Made by a program: the position numbers and the translations under genes | NCBI GenBank assembly: GCA_938036925.1 | Contig: CALHVU010000052.1 | Location: 893-64,892 of the forward strand | DNA from: an uncultured Atopobium sp. | Lineage (GTDB): Bacteria; Actinomycetota; Coriobacteriia; Coriobacteriales; Atopobiaceae | Length of the DNA stretch: 64,000 nucleotides | Reading direction: 5' to 3' | In this document: positions 35,434 to 44,470 of the stretch, in pieces | How the letters are laid out: the number at the start of each line of letters is the position of its first letter | How positions within the stretch are numbered: position 1 is the stretch's first letter | The notes under the pieces: model-generated | What the model was told of the DNA's origin: nothing | Database searches by the model: none | The model's input: the letters and a program-made list of their open reading frames with translations, nothing else

Positions 35434-35907
35434 ATGGCAGAGAACAACCTCTTTGGTTTTGGTAAGAAAAAGCGTCCAACTCAGGTTCCACCTACTGTCT
35501 CTCGTAATGGGGAGTCTTCTACCTCTCCGCGTGCGGTACGAGGTCGTCACGCAGCTGTTGGAAGCCGTGCACAGGTGCAGCGTAGGATGACGCAAGATCG
35601 CCCAACAAATCCCGTTAACCATGCCCGTGCAGATGCCGCCCGTACACGTGGTCGAGCAAGAACTGCTTACGGCAATCACTATGGCACGCTTAACCCCAGA
35701 GATGAAGCTCAGGCAGCATATGCGGCTAGAAGACGTCGTTCTTCTCGCATGAGACTGGGTCGTGTGGCGCTGGCGGTATTGCTTGCAGCCATCATTCTGT
35801 GGGTTGTATTTACGCTGGTAAGTTCATGTAGCCCAGGAGGCGCTTTTGCGCATGCTCAGGCACTTGATCCTACCGTTACCCTGACCGGTTCAGTGAAGGT
35901 CGGATAG
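35434..35907 (+). CDS. Hypothetical protein: Arg-rich N-terminus plus a single TM span
   Basis: ATG at 35434. Highly basic 100-aa cytoplasmic part, one TM span, short exterior tail. Confidence 0.5.
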   Translation: MAENNLFGFGKKKRPTQVPPTVSRNGESSTSPRAVRGRHAAVGSRAQVQRRMTQDRPTNPVNHARADAARTRGRARTAYGNHYGTLNPRDEAQAAYAARRRRSSRMRLGRVALAVLLAAIILWVVFTLVSSCSPGGAFAHAQALDPTVTLTGSVKVG

Positions 35908-35962
35908 CCTTGCAGGCTGCGGCGTGACTGTGGAGTGTCCAGTAGTTTCGATGTGTAAGTTG

Positions 35963-36925
35963 CTACTTTGGGCTCTTGCTTGTAGAGACGCGTGAGAAGT
36001 CCAAATTCAAATCAACTGAACCGGTAATACCGTCAACTTGTCCTGTTGAGGTGTATTGCCATATCAAAAAATTAAAGTTTACGTCTGGCTGATCAACGTA
36101 TTGCGCCAGCCAGATAGGCTCGTCAAGCGAGACCAGGTCAAAGCGATTTAGATCAACTTTGTTGCCATACACAATGACACGATATCCTGCTTCTTGAATA
36201 GTGGTGCAAAACGCGCGCGCAATTGCGTTAGTTTCTGCGGGGGAAAGGTTGTCGGCGCGACCGCTGTAATCGGGAGAAGGCTCCAGGTCAAACGCAACAG
36301 GGAGAGCAAGCTTTGTAACTCCCGCTTCCCGTAACTGTTGCAGAACAAAAGCAGCCTCTTCGCGAGCCTCTTCCACGTTAATAGCCTGTGAGAAGAAGTA
36401 CACGCCTACATCAAGACCAGCGCTTTGTGCGCCCTTAAGATTGGTTTCAAACAGCTCATCTGCACGAATGCCACCTTCAGTGGAGCCTCGATAACCAATG
36501 CGAAGCATGGCAAACTGAATGTTATCGGCTGCAACGGCCTCCCAGTCAATAAACCCCTGGTGAGAAGAGACATCAACGCCCGTGCGCGTGAGTTCTTCTC
36601 CGTCCACCACATAATGTGCGCGACCCGTTGCGTCGTAGATAAGGTTTTCCCATTCATACGGGACTTCGTTTTTGATAATCAGGTTGTTATCAAAAGACAG
36701 GGAGAAAAGTCCCTGGCACGATTGCAATAATGCCAGCACAAACACAATGGCCAGCGCAATGAGGCCCCATTTGACAACAGGATTGTTCTGGGAATTTTTC
36801 TCAAGCGTATGCATCGCCCGCTGCTTACGTTTTGAAGCGTTTGCAGAAGCAGGTGCGTGTTTAGTTTTAGAACGAGTCGTAGAGTTTCTCGTTTTCTTGC
36901 TTTTATGTGAGCTGTTAAAAATCAC
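35963..36925 (-). CDS. GH25-family muramidase (lysozyme), membrane anchored
   Basis: GVDVSSHQGFIDWEAV...FAMLRIGYRG GH25 motifs and an N-terminal basic region plus TM span. The GTG at 36925 overlaps the upstream stop (GTGA). Confidence 0.85.
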   Translation of the reverse strand: MIFNSSHKSKKTRNSTTRSKTKHAPASANASKRKQRAMHTLEKNSQNNPVVKWGLIALAIVFVLALLQSCQGLFSLSFDNNLIIKNEVPYEWENLIYDATGRAHYVVDGEELTRTGVDVSSHQGFIDWEAVAADNIQFAMLRIGYRGSTEGGIRADELFETNLKGAQSAGLDVGVYFFSQAINVEEAREEAAFVLQQLREAGVTKLALPVAFDLEPSPDYSGRADNLSPAETNAIARAFCTTIQEAGYRVIVYGNKVDLNRFDLVSLDEPIWLAQYVDQPDVNFNFLIWQYTSTGQVDGITGSVDLNLDFSRVSTSKSPK

Positions 36926-38403
36926 TGGTGAAAGAATTGTCCTTGTTCAAAAATTGGCTCGCAGCATACGTTAATGCCCAACTTGTGATAAATGGACTCG
37001 TCGTCGCTTGGAATAATTGACGAGAAGTACGCGTCACATCCGTGGAGTAGTTGCGTGGCATCAACGGCTTTTCCAGCCAACGGATTGGTAATTGAGCTGA
37101 TAGAGAGCGCAATGAGCATCTCGTCAGCGCAAAGGCTGGTACGAGCTAGTTTAAAGTTGTTCTCTTTTAGTGCGCAAATGGGCCTTAAGACCTCATCCGA
37201 CACAATAAACGTCTTCTTCTCAATGCCAACGACGTATTTGAGGGCGTTGAGCAAAAGCGACGCAGGCGCACCTAAAAGCTCTGAAGTCTTGCCGGTAATA
37301 ATGGCGCCGTCAGGCATAACCATGGCGCCCGCAAGCTTTCCTGTCTCTTCTGCTTTGTGCAGACAAGCAGCATGAGCTGGCGAGAAATTCTGGTCAACGT
37401 TAACGTCTTTCATCAAGAGATTAATCTTTGAAAGTTCGCGCTCACCCATACCCGTACGCTCGAGTTTCTCGGCAGCTCTAAACCACCTGCGTACAATCTC
37501 TGCCTTTGAAGCTTCCTGGCACACCGCATCGTCAATAATGCAGTTGCCAACCATATTGACGCCCATATCGGTTGGGGACTGATAGGGGCTGGTACCTGCA
37601 ATCTTCTCCATCATGGCCTTGAGCACGGGGAATGCCTCGACGTCACGGTTGTAGTTAACGGTAACCTCGCCGTGAGCCTCAAGGTGATACGGATCAATGA
37701 TGTTGTTATCGCCCAAGTCTGCCGTAGCCGCCTCGTAGGCAACGTTGACGGGGTGCTTAAGCGGCAGGTTCCAGACAGGGAAGGTCTCAAATTTAGCGTA
37801 GCCTGCGCGGACTCCACGGGCATTCTCGTTGTAGAGCTGTGAAAGGCAGACAGCAAGCTTGCCAGAGCCAGGACCAGGCGCTGTTACAACTACCAGAGGA
37901 TGCGTAGTCTTTACGTACTCGTTTTTACCGTAGCCCTCCGCCGAGACAATCAGGTCAATGTTGGAAGGATAGCCCTCAATAGGGTAATGGCGATACACAG
38001 CAATGCCCATGTTCTCCAGGCGCGCACGATACGCTTTTGCCTTTGGCTGGCCAGAGTACTGCGTAATGACAACGCCGCCAATAGCAAGGCCGCGAGCTCG
38101 GAAGATGTCCATAAGCCTTAGAACGTCATCGGCATAGGTAACGCCAATATCGCTTCTACGCTTGCCGTTTTCAATATCGTTTGCGTTGATGGCAAAGACA
38201 ACCTCTGCCTCGTGAGCAAGCTGCTGAAGCATCTGAGCTTTTGCATCTGGAGCAAATCCAGGGAGGATGCGAGAAGCGTGGTTGTCGTCGAGCAGTTTAC
38301 CGCCAAACTCAAGGTAGAGCTTGCCGCCAAACTCACTGATACGCTGGTGAATTCGATCCGCCTGCATAGTGATGTACTTCTCGTTATCAAAGCCGATACG
38401 CAT
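36922..38403 (-). CDS. DUF1846 (UPF0371) family protein
   Basis: MRIGFDNEKYITMQADRIHQRI..GGKLYLEFGGKLLDDNHASRILPGF matches the family's conserved N-terminus. AGGAGGA RBS. Confidence 0.8.
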   Translation of the reverse strand: MRIGFDNEKYITMQADRIHQRISEFGGKLYLEFGGKLLDDNHASRILPGFAPDAKAQMLQQLAHEAEVVFAINANDIENGKRRSDIGVTYADDVLRLMDIFRARGLAIGGVVITQYSGQPKAKAYRARLENMGIAVYRHYPIEGYPSNIDLIVSAEGYGKNEYVKTTHPLVVVTAPGPGSGKLAVCLSQLYNENARGVRAGYAKFETFPVWNLPLKHPVNVAYEAATADLGDNNIIDPYHLEAHGEVTVNYNRDVEAFPVLKAMMEKIAGTSPYQSPTDMGVNMVGNCIIDDAVCQEASKAEIVRRWFRAAEKLERTGMGERELSKINLLMKDVNVDQNFSPAHAACLHKAEETGKLAGAMVMPDGAIITGKTSELLGAPASLLLNALKYVVGIEKKTFIVSDEVLRPICALKENNFKLARTSLCADEMLIALSISSITNPLAGKAVDATQLLHGCDAYFSSIIPSDDESIYHKLGINVCCEPIFEQGQFFHQ

Positions 38404-38507
38404 GCGTCCTCCTGCCAAGATTTACTGTAGAAATTGTATCATCAAGCAAAGACTTCCTATACGCTATAAGCTATACAGAAAACAAATAAACAACCAAGGA
38501 GTTGTGT

Positions 38508-38957
38508 ATGGATAGCAAGTTTTCACGAACACCTTCTCGTGGCGAGAAGTTCAAAGAGCTAGCTCTCAGTGCTTTGCGTGCGTTTGGTTATGGTTGTCTT
38601 ACAGCGGCTGGAATGAGCGCTGGTATCTTTGCATTTGCGTACTTTACCAGCGGTATGAATATGTTTACGGGCATCGATTGGGTGCGCCGTGTCATGTACG
38701 TCATTTCTTCTTTGGGGATTATTGCTTGCGGCGTTGGTTTGCTCTTTAGCGGAAAAGAGTACGAGGACCGTCAGATGGGCTTTACGCGTGATATTGATGA
38801 CCCCATCAGCCTTAAAGAAGGAAAGCTTGATCCTCGTATTTCAAAAATCGAGACCAATCACCTTTCTTGGCAGGCAGCAATCCTTTATGCCTCAATTGGT
38901 ATGTTTGTAGTTACCACTATCTTTGACGAGGTTATGAGCCATACCTTCTTGATGTAG
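38508..38957 (+). CDS. Hypothetical membrane protein
   Basis: ATG at 38508 follows AAGGAG. 3-4 TM spans. Confidence 0.6.
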   Translation: MDSKFSRTPSRGEKFKELALSALRAFGYGCLTAAGMSAGIFAFAYFTSGMNMFTGIDWVRRVMYVISSLGIIACGVGLLFSGKEYEDRQMGFTRDIDDPISLKEGKLDPRISKIETNHLSWQAAILYASIGMFVVTTIFDEVMSHTFLM

Positions 38958-38966
38958 GTATTCTCG

Positions 38967-39064
38967 CTAGTACAGAGATAACTCACTAGTACAGTGGCAG
39001 CTTGCTAGTACAGAGGCAGATTGCCTAGTACAAAGGTAGAGCGCCTAGTATAAAGGCAGCTCGC
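38967..39064. repeat. Five tandem 19-20-bp CTAGTA-containing units between convergent stops
   Basis: CTAGTACAGAGATAACTCA / CTAGTACAGTGGCAGCTTG / CTAGTACAGAGGCAGATTGC / CTAGTACAAAGGTAGAGCGC / CTAGTATAAAGGCAGCTCGC. The last unit is the 3' end (GELPLY-stop) of the Pth2 gene. Confidence 0.85.
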
Positions 39065-39485
39065 CCGTTAACGGATCAATATCTTCTGCAGCCAGTGGCT
39101 CAAACGCTAGACAGGTAAATGTTGGTTCTCCATGGAACTCGGTAAAGCCCGCGTCCCTAATAAGGGCCACAACAAAGCCACGAGCTTTTCCCTCGACAGC
39201 AAGCTCAAGCAACGCTTCTTCAGAATCAACGTAGACGCATACCTTTGCAACGCCAGCATCAAACCAGTTAGTGATTGCAGAGGTATCTTCGTCAGCATGG
39301 TCCAAATAGACCCAATTCTGATCATCGGTAACACGAACCTGATCAAGTCGACGCTCTTTTGCAAGTGCCATCAGCGTGGCTTCAACACACGCATGACTTG
39401 CCTGAGCGGCAATTTTACCTTTTCGCATCTTAAGATCGCGACGAATAACAATCATTTGTTTTGATTTATATGAAGAGCTTGGCAT
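39045..39485 (-). CDS. pth2: Peptidyl-tRNA hydrolase, PTH2 (archaeal/eukaryotic-type) family
   Basis: IVIRRDLKMRKGKIAAQASHA ... ALIRDAGFTEF.GEPT.TCLAFEP pattern. Start is ATG 39485 or 39455. Confidence 0.75.
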   Translation of the reverse strand: MPSSSYKSKQMIVIRRDLKMRKGKIAAQASHACVEATLMALAKERRLDQVRVTDDQNWVYLDHADEDTSAITNWFDAGVAKVCVYVDSEEALLELAVEGKARGFVVALIRDAGFTEFHGEPTFTCLAFEPLAAEDIDPLTGELPLY

Positions 39486-39702
39486 GAAAGACCTTTCTAG
39501 AAACTGAGTGCTAAGTGTACCATTCACGGCTTTCCGATTTTTGTCGCAAGAAAATCCCGAAGGATCAAAAAGGCTCTCTAAAACCAAGAGCGGCGAGAAA
39601 AACGTTTAATGTTCAGCTTGTTACATCAATAAGTTAAATAACGGCACCTGAGTAGAAAGTTGATTCTTGTCTATGTTGCTAGGGTTGACTGAGGAGGTGT
39701 CT

Positions 39703-40191
39703 ATGAGAGAGTTAGTTATTTTTATCATGTATATCTGGGCTTCAATATCGGATATGCGAAATCGCACTATTCCAAATAGAATCCCTATTTTGTTTGCTAT
39801 TTCATGGCCTATTTGGCTTGCCACAAATGAAAAGCGCACTGAGTTACTGATAAATGCATTATGGAGTGAGCTCTTTGTTATATGTGTACTGATTACCGTA
39901 GGTATAGTTACAAAATTTATAGGTCATATGTCTTCTCTGGGAGGCGGAGATATTAAACTTATTCTCTCAACATGCCTTTATCTTGAAATAAAAGAGACAT
40001 TTGTCTTTTTATTTTCGGCAAATATTTTTGGTGTTATGTTTTCTTTTCTGTTCTTTATTTGGCGTAAATTTTTTAAAAGAGAAGACAGTAATAAAAAAGA
40101 AATTACCAGTTCAGATAGTGTATTTATGTACACATTTCCGTTTGCACCATTTCTTGGATTTGGTGTGGCACTTGCGCTATTTTTACGCTAA
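39703..40191 (+). CDS. A24-family prepilin/preflagellin-type aspartic peptidase (TadV/CpaA-like), orphan
   Basis: Two Asp motifs (ISDMRNRTIPN and GGGDIKL) in a 162-aa polytopic protein. GGAGG RBS. Markedly AT-rich. Confidence 0.7.
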   Translation: MRELVIFIMYIWASISDMRNRTIPNRIPILFAISWPIWLATNEKRTELLINALWSELFVICVLITVGIVTKFIGHMSSLGGGDIKLILSTCLYLEIKETFVFLFSANIFGVMFSFLFFIWRKFFKREDSNKKEITSSDSVFMYTFPFAPFLGFGVALALFLR

Positions 40192-40577
40192 AATCGGGAA
40201 GTGTTATATGAATTTAAAAATTCTTCTAATTCCCGAATATATAAAAAGTTTTTTCTGCTATCAATAGTTTACACGTTGCGTTGAGAGATTGAGTACCCCC
40301 AACACTCAATTTCATTACTGAATGGCCCCGACTGTTCAGATCTCTCGTTATGCGAGGCAACGTATGCCATGGAGGCAGGACGACTATTAACGTGGTCGCA
40401 CACATGTCGCCCTGCCTCATGGCAACCTTTAAGAGCAAGAAGCTCTGCTTCTGATATACCCATTATTTCAAGTATTTAAAAGTAAATATACAGCTACTAA
40501 GCTATTTTCCTGTGGTTTTATACGTGCCAGAAACCAGCTGCATGGATCATCCAAAATCTTAAAAGCCAGATGGCATA

Positions 40578-40621
40578 GAACTGCCTCCCATTTCTTGGAC
40601 ATAAGAAATGGGAGGTAGTTC
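40578..40621. repeat. REP-like palindrome, copy 2
   Basis: GAACTGCCTCCCATTTCTT-GGACAT-AAGAAATGGGAGGTAGTTC (one mismatch). Confidence 0.9.
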
Positions 40622-40860
40622 ATATGCGGGTGATTATGATTCTGCAGCGTGTTAGCGTCGGCTTTTAGGCCTGGCGCACAAAATAGCGCAGCTTTGGTAG
40701 GTTCTGCCGAAGAATCGACATGTTCTTAATCAAGATAGCAGGCAGCTAGGCGGTCGCACTACCTGATATGCATCTCTATGCATAAACTTCATCTAATATG
40801 CTTAAACATGAATAGACTTATATAAGAAATTTAACTATCAATAAATTCCGCACCTAAGGA

Positions 40861-40990
40861 ACACACTTAAGTCAGATATTCTGCACAATTGCGGCCATAT
40901 TACACATCAAATGAAGATAATCTGCACGTTTGAGGTATTTTCAGCGTAATGTATACGTCTTTTTGACAGATTATCTGTCATAGGTGTGTT
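40861..40990. repeat. ~130-bp structured repeat element, copy B
   Basis: ACACACTTAAGTCAGATATTCTGC at 40861, ACACATCAAATGAAGATAATCTGC at 40902, AATGTATACG core, inverted CAGATTATCTGTCATAGGTGTGT at 40967-40989. Collinear with copy A. Confidence 0.85.
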
Positions 40991-40992
40991 TT

Positions 40993-41036
40993 GAACTGCT
41001 TTCTATTTCTCGTGTCCAAGAAATGGGAGGCAGTTC
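40993..41036. repeat. REP-like palindrome, copy 3 (degenerate left arm)
   Basis: GAACTGCTTTCTATTTCT-CGTGTCC-AAGAAATGGGAGGCAGTTC, directly abutting element B. Confidence 0.8.
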
Positions 41037-41099
41037 AAAGCCGCGTGAAAACGTGGCTTTTTCTTTATGCAATGTTGTTGAAGCTGCAGATGTTCTAGC

Positions 41100-41912
41100 T
41101 TAATATCCCTGCTTAGAGGCTGGGATCTTGGCGTCAGCAATGGTGTCCAAAAACGTCTGAGCATCGCGACAAGCCATAAGCTCCTCAGGAAAATCAACCT
41201 CTTCAAGCAGCTTAATAACGGAGTGTGCATCAGCAATGCGGGTTGCAATGTGAGCATCTGAGCCAAAGGAAACCTTACATCCCAGCTCAGCACAGGTTTC
41301 TGCAATCACGCGACAACGCTCAATAGCAACTTCACGTTGGCCCTCATCGTGCGTAGCCTCGTTCATCTCAATAAGCTTACCGCGATCGCGACACTCTCTA
41401 ACCAGAGCCGGAACATCAAAATCTAAACCACTGCGACCAAGGTGACCAAGAATCAAAACATGTGGATTGTCCAGCGCATTTACGTACATCTGGGTAATCT
41501 GTTTCTGCGAAGCACCGGCCGCCCACTGCTTGCTATGGATGCTGGCAACCGCATAATCGCAGGTACCCAGAATGTGCTCGCCAAGAATATGAGGCTGGCG
41601 GAGTTTATCGCCATTAATGCCCTGGTCAAACGTAATGTCGTAGGCAAACAGATTGCCTTCAAGATCAACAATGTCTACCTCAGCGCCGTGGAGCAGCCTG
41701 ACGCCGTACCAGGTTTCTGGCCAAATGGCGGTGTTCATATAGAACTGGAAGTTCTTGATAGTCTGCTGGTCATACAGCATGGACGAGAAGTGGTCGGTGA
41801 TTCCGAGCAGTTCATAGCCGCGCTCAGAAGCTGCACGAACATTCTCCTCAATGGTTGAATAGGCGTGCCTTGAGTACAGACTATGAGTATGAACGTCGCA
41901 AGTAATACGCAT
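41100..41912 (-). CDS. PHP-domain phosphoesterase (YcdX/histidinol-phosphatase-like)
   Basis: CDVHTHSLYSRHAYS...GITDHF PHP motifs. Confidence 0.8.
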   Translation of the reverse strand: MRITCDVHTHSLYSRHAYSTIEENVRAASERGYELLGITDHFSSMLYDQQTIKNFQFYMNTAIWPETWYGVRLLHGAEVDIVDLEGNLFAYDITFDQGINGDKLRQPHILGEHILGTCDYAVASIHSKQWAAGASQKQITQMYVNALDNPHVLILGHLGRSGLDFDVPALVRECRDRGKLIEMNEATHDEGQREVAIERCRVIAETCAELGCKVSFGSDAHIATRIADAHSVIKLLEEVDFPEELMACRDAQTFLDTIADAKIPASKQGY

Positions 41913-41979
41913 GACGTGCTCCTTCGAATCTCAATCGACAACTCTAGTTAATCACGGCCGCCACCTTGAGGCAACCCTG

Positions 41980-42001
41980 GCGAGAAGACCGGTCTTCTCG
42001 C
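41980..42001. terminator. Perfect 22-nt palindrome made of the word variant, downstream of xthA
   Basis: GCGAGAAGACC|GGTCTTCTCGC. No clear T-run. Confidence 0.5.
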
Positions 42002-42013
42002 TACCTGCACAAA

Positions 42014-42793
42014 CTACAGCTCAATACTTAGCTCAACAGGGCAGTGGTCGCTGCCGTAGACCTCGCTCAAGATAGATGCGCTTTTGACCTGTTCAGCAAT
42101 GCGATCGGAGACCAGGAAGTAGTCGATGCGCCAGCCGGCGTTGTTCTTGCGAGCGTTGAAGCGGTAGCTCCACCAGCTGTAAGCGCCGGTCATGTCCGGA
42201 TGACGATACCTAAAGGTATCGGTAAAGCCTGCGTCCAACAGCTTGGTAAAGCTCTCGCGCTCCTCATCAGAGAAACCTGCGTTTTGCCTGTTAGACGAAG
42301 GATTCTTGAGGTCAATTTCGTTGTGTGCAACGTTAAAATCGCCGCAGGTAATTACTGGTTTTTGCTCAGACAGCTCAGTCAAAAACTCGCGATAGTGCTG
42401 ATCCCACTCAAGACGCTCGTCCAGGCGCGCAAGCTGGTCTTTTGAGTTTGGTGTGTATACGCACACAAACCAGAACTTCTCAAACTCCAGCGCACAAATG
42501 CGACCCTCGTCGTCAGCAACGGGGCATCCAATCTGACGAATTACCTGCAGAGGGGTTTCTCGCGAGAAAACCGCTGTGCCCGAATAGCCTTTTCTTTCTG
42601 CGTAGTTCCAGGTTTGAACGTAGCCGGGAAGGTCCAGCTCAACCTGGCCTTCTTGCAGCTTAGTCTCTTGAAGGGCAAATACATCAGCGTTTATGGTTTC
42701 AAAAATTTCCGTGAACGAAGGCTCTTTCTTGAGCACGGCGCGCAGACCGTTAACGTTCCAGGAAATCAGCTTGTACTCTCGAGTATCGCTCAT
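42014..42793 (-). CDS. xthA: Exodeoxyribonuclease III
   Basis: KLISWNVNGLRAV...ETK....SDHCPV EEP-family motifs. Confidence 0.9.
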   Translation of the reverse strand: MSDTREYKLISWNVNGLRAVLKKEPSFTEIFETINADVFALQETKLQEGQVELDLPGYVQTWNYAERKGYSGTAVFSRETPLQVIRQIGCPVADDEGRICALEFEKFWFVCVYTPNSKDQLARLDERLEWDQHYREFLTELSEQKPVITCGDFNVAHNEIDLKNPSSNRQNAGFSDEERESFTKLLDAGFTDTFRYRHPDMTGAYSWWSYRFNARKNNAGWRIDYFLVSDRIAEQVKSASILSEVYGSDHCPVELSIEL

Positions 42794-42997
42794 AACTCCT
42801 CTTTCATACTGTGACCTGGTGGTTTAGACCACAGTGGATATATATCACAGTAGCCGCGAGTGACGCGCGTTCCACGCTCCAGTTACGGCGCCAAGCGGTG
42901 CGTTTGCGGCAATAAACTTTCAATAAATCCATGGTATACGACTAGTAGCCACCAATACCGCTACAATAGAAACATTCATAGCTGGCAAGGAGGATTC

Positions 42998-44470
42998 ATG
43001 CTTCGTCAAAGCTACAACACCTGGCAATGTGGAACTCACACTATCTCGTTGGCGCGTCCTAGGATTATGGGCGTTCTCAACGTCACTCCAGACTCGTTCT
43101 CTGATGGCGGAAAGAACTTTGATCCAGATGCTGCAATTGCACGCGGTCTACAGATGCTGGATGAAGGCGCTGACATCATTGACGTTGGGGGAGAGTCTAC
43201 TCGACCAGGTCACACACCTGTTCTGCCTACAGAAGAGGCTGAGCGTGTAGTGCCTGTGGTGCGTGCGCTGGTGGCTGCCGGCGCAATTGTTTCCATTGAC
43301 ACGCGTCACGCCGAGGTAGCAAAGATGTGCGTCCGCCTTGGAGCATCCATCATCAATGACGTTTCTGGCTTCACCGATCCAGAAATGGTTGCTGTAGCTG
43401 CGGAGTCTGACTGCGGCTGCATTGTGATGCACTGGAATAAGGACGGCCTTGGTGCTCGTGTTGAGCGCAAGCAGGTTCAGCTGGATGATATGCGCCCTTC
43501 TCGCCCTACTGGTAGCGCAGCTGCTCGAGCCGCAGCTACAGGAGCCGAGACACGCACGCTGAGCTCGCAGCGCCGTTTTACCTTGCCTGAAGAGGCACCT
43601 ATCATGCGCCAGATTATGGGCTTTTTGGGCGACCAGGCTCGCGGTCTGATGCGCGCTGGCGTTTCCAAGGACCGTATCTGCATTGACCCAGGTCCAGGCT
43701 TTGACAAGTTTGCCGACGAGGACGTTGTTATTCAGCGTGCTACTCGTTCGATGGTTTCTATGGGATATCCGCTGCTCTGCGCCGTGTCAAGAAAGCGTTT
43801 TGTCGGCGCTGTTTCTGGCGTAGCCGAGGCTACCCAGCGCGACGCAGCTACGCATGCAATTTGCATTGCCGCAATCACCAACGGTGCCCGTATCCTGCGC
43901 GTTCACGATGTTGCGGGAACCGCTCAGGCTATCAACGCTTACTGGGCTATGACCGAGCGCGACCCTCGCCAGGGATTTGTGGCGCTTGGCTCCAACGTGG
44001 GTGACCGCGTGGGTTATCTGGCCCGTGCTACGCAGCTCATCGATGAGATTCCGCTGACCTGCGTTGTTTCTCTCAGCCACGCCTACGAAACTGAGCCTGC
44101 ATACGGTATTGCTACACCTGTGGTAAACGCCGTTGCTGAGATTAGAACTGAGCTCCATCCTCTGGTACTGATGGATAAGCTGCTTGAGGTAGAGAACGCT
44201 CTCAACCGCACACGCAAGAAAGGCGAGGAGGGCCATGGACCTCGCACTATTGATTGCGACCTTCTGTGGGTTGAGGGCGAACAACACGCAGGTAAACACC
44301 TCACTTTACCTCATCCACGCATGGGTGAGCGCGATTACGTGCTTGTTCCTATGGAGGATCTGATGCACGACCCTGTGCGTTTCTTCTCGCACGGTGGCGT
44401 AGAGATTGTCCCTCCTGACCAGCGTGTTGGTCACGTTACCGAGGACTTGGGAGCCATTACGTGGGAGTAG
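42998..44470 (+). CDS. folP: Fused dihydropteroate synthase / HPPK (FolP-FolK)
   Basis: FolP: IMGVLNVTPDSFSDGG, DIGGESTRPG. FolK: ALGSNVGDR, GPRTIDCDLL, LPHPRMGERDYVL. AAGGAGGA RBS before the ATG at 42998. FolP carries an insertion of about 50 aa. Confidence 0.85.
   Translation: MLRQSYNTWQCGTHTISLARPRIMGVLNVTPDSFSDGGKNFDPDAAIARGLQMLDEGADIIDVGGESTRPGHTPVLPTEEAERVVPVVRALVAAGAIVSIDTRHAEVAKMCVRLGASIINDVSGFTDPEMVAVAAESDCGCIVMHWNKDGLGARVERKQVQLDDMRPSRPTGSAAARAAATGAETRTLSSQRRFTLPEEAPIMRQIMGFLGDQARGLMRAGVSKDRICIDPGPGFDKFADEDVVIQRATRSMVSMGYPLLCAVSRKRFVGAVSGVAEATQRDAATHAICIAAITNGARILRVHDVAGTAQAINAYWAMTERDPRQGFVALGSNVGDRVGYLARATQLIDEIPLTCVVSLSHAYETEPAYGIATPVVNAVAEIRTELHPLVLMDKLLEVENALNRTRKKGEEGHGPRTIDCDLLWVEGEQHAGKHLTLPHPRMGERDYVLVPMEDLMHDPVRFFSHGGVEIVPPDQRVGHVTEDLGAITWE

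Noticed and set aside
35284-35679. N-terminal 132-codon extension of the asparaginase ORF.
   Set aside because: The composition is Cys/Arg/Thr-rich and not protein-like. A GTG with a good RBS sits right before the conserved TGGTIAS motif.
38967-39064. Tandem arrays (also 30687-30772, 52131-52236, 55153-55303) as CRISPR arrays.
   Set aside because: The units are contiguous, with no unique spacers, and are only 11-20 bp long. No cas genes are in the window.
42794-42997. A folate (THF) riboswitch upstream of folP-folK.
   Set aside because: I could not match the conserved THF-riboswitch core by eye. The region shows only a short hairpin and a GC-rich oligo shared with the 30.7-kb array.
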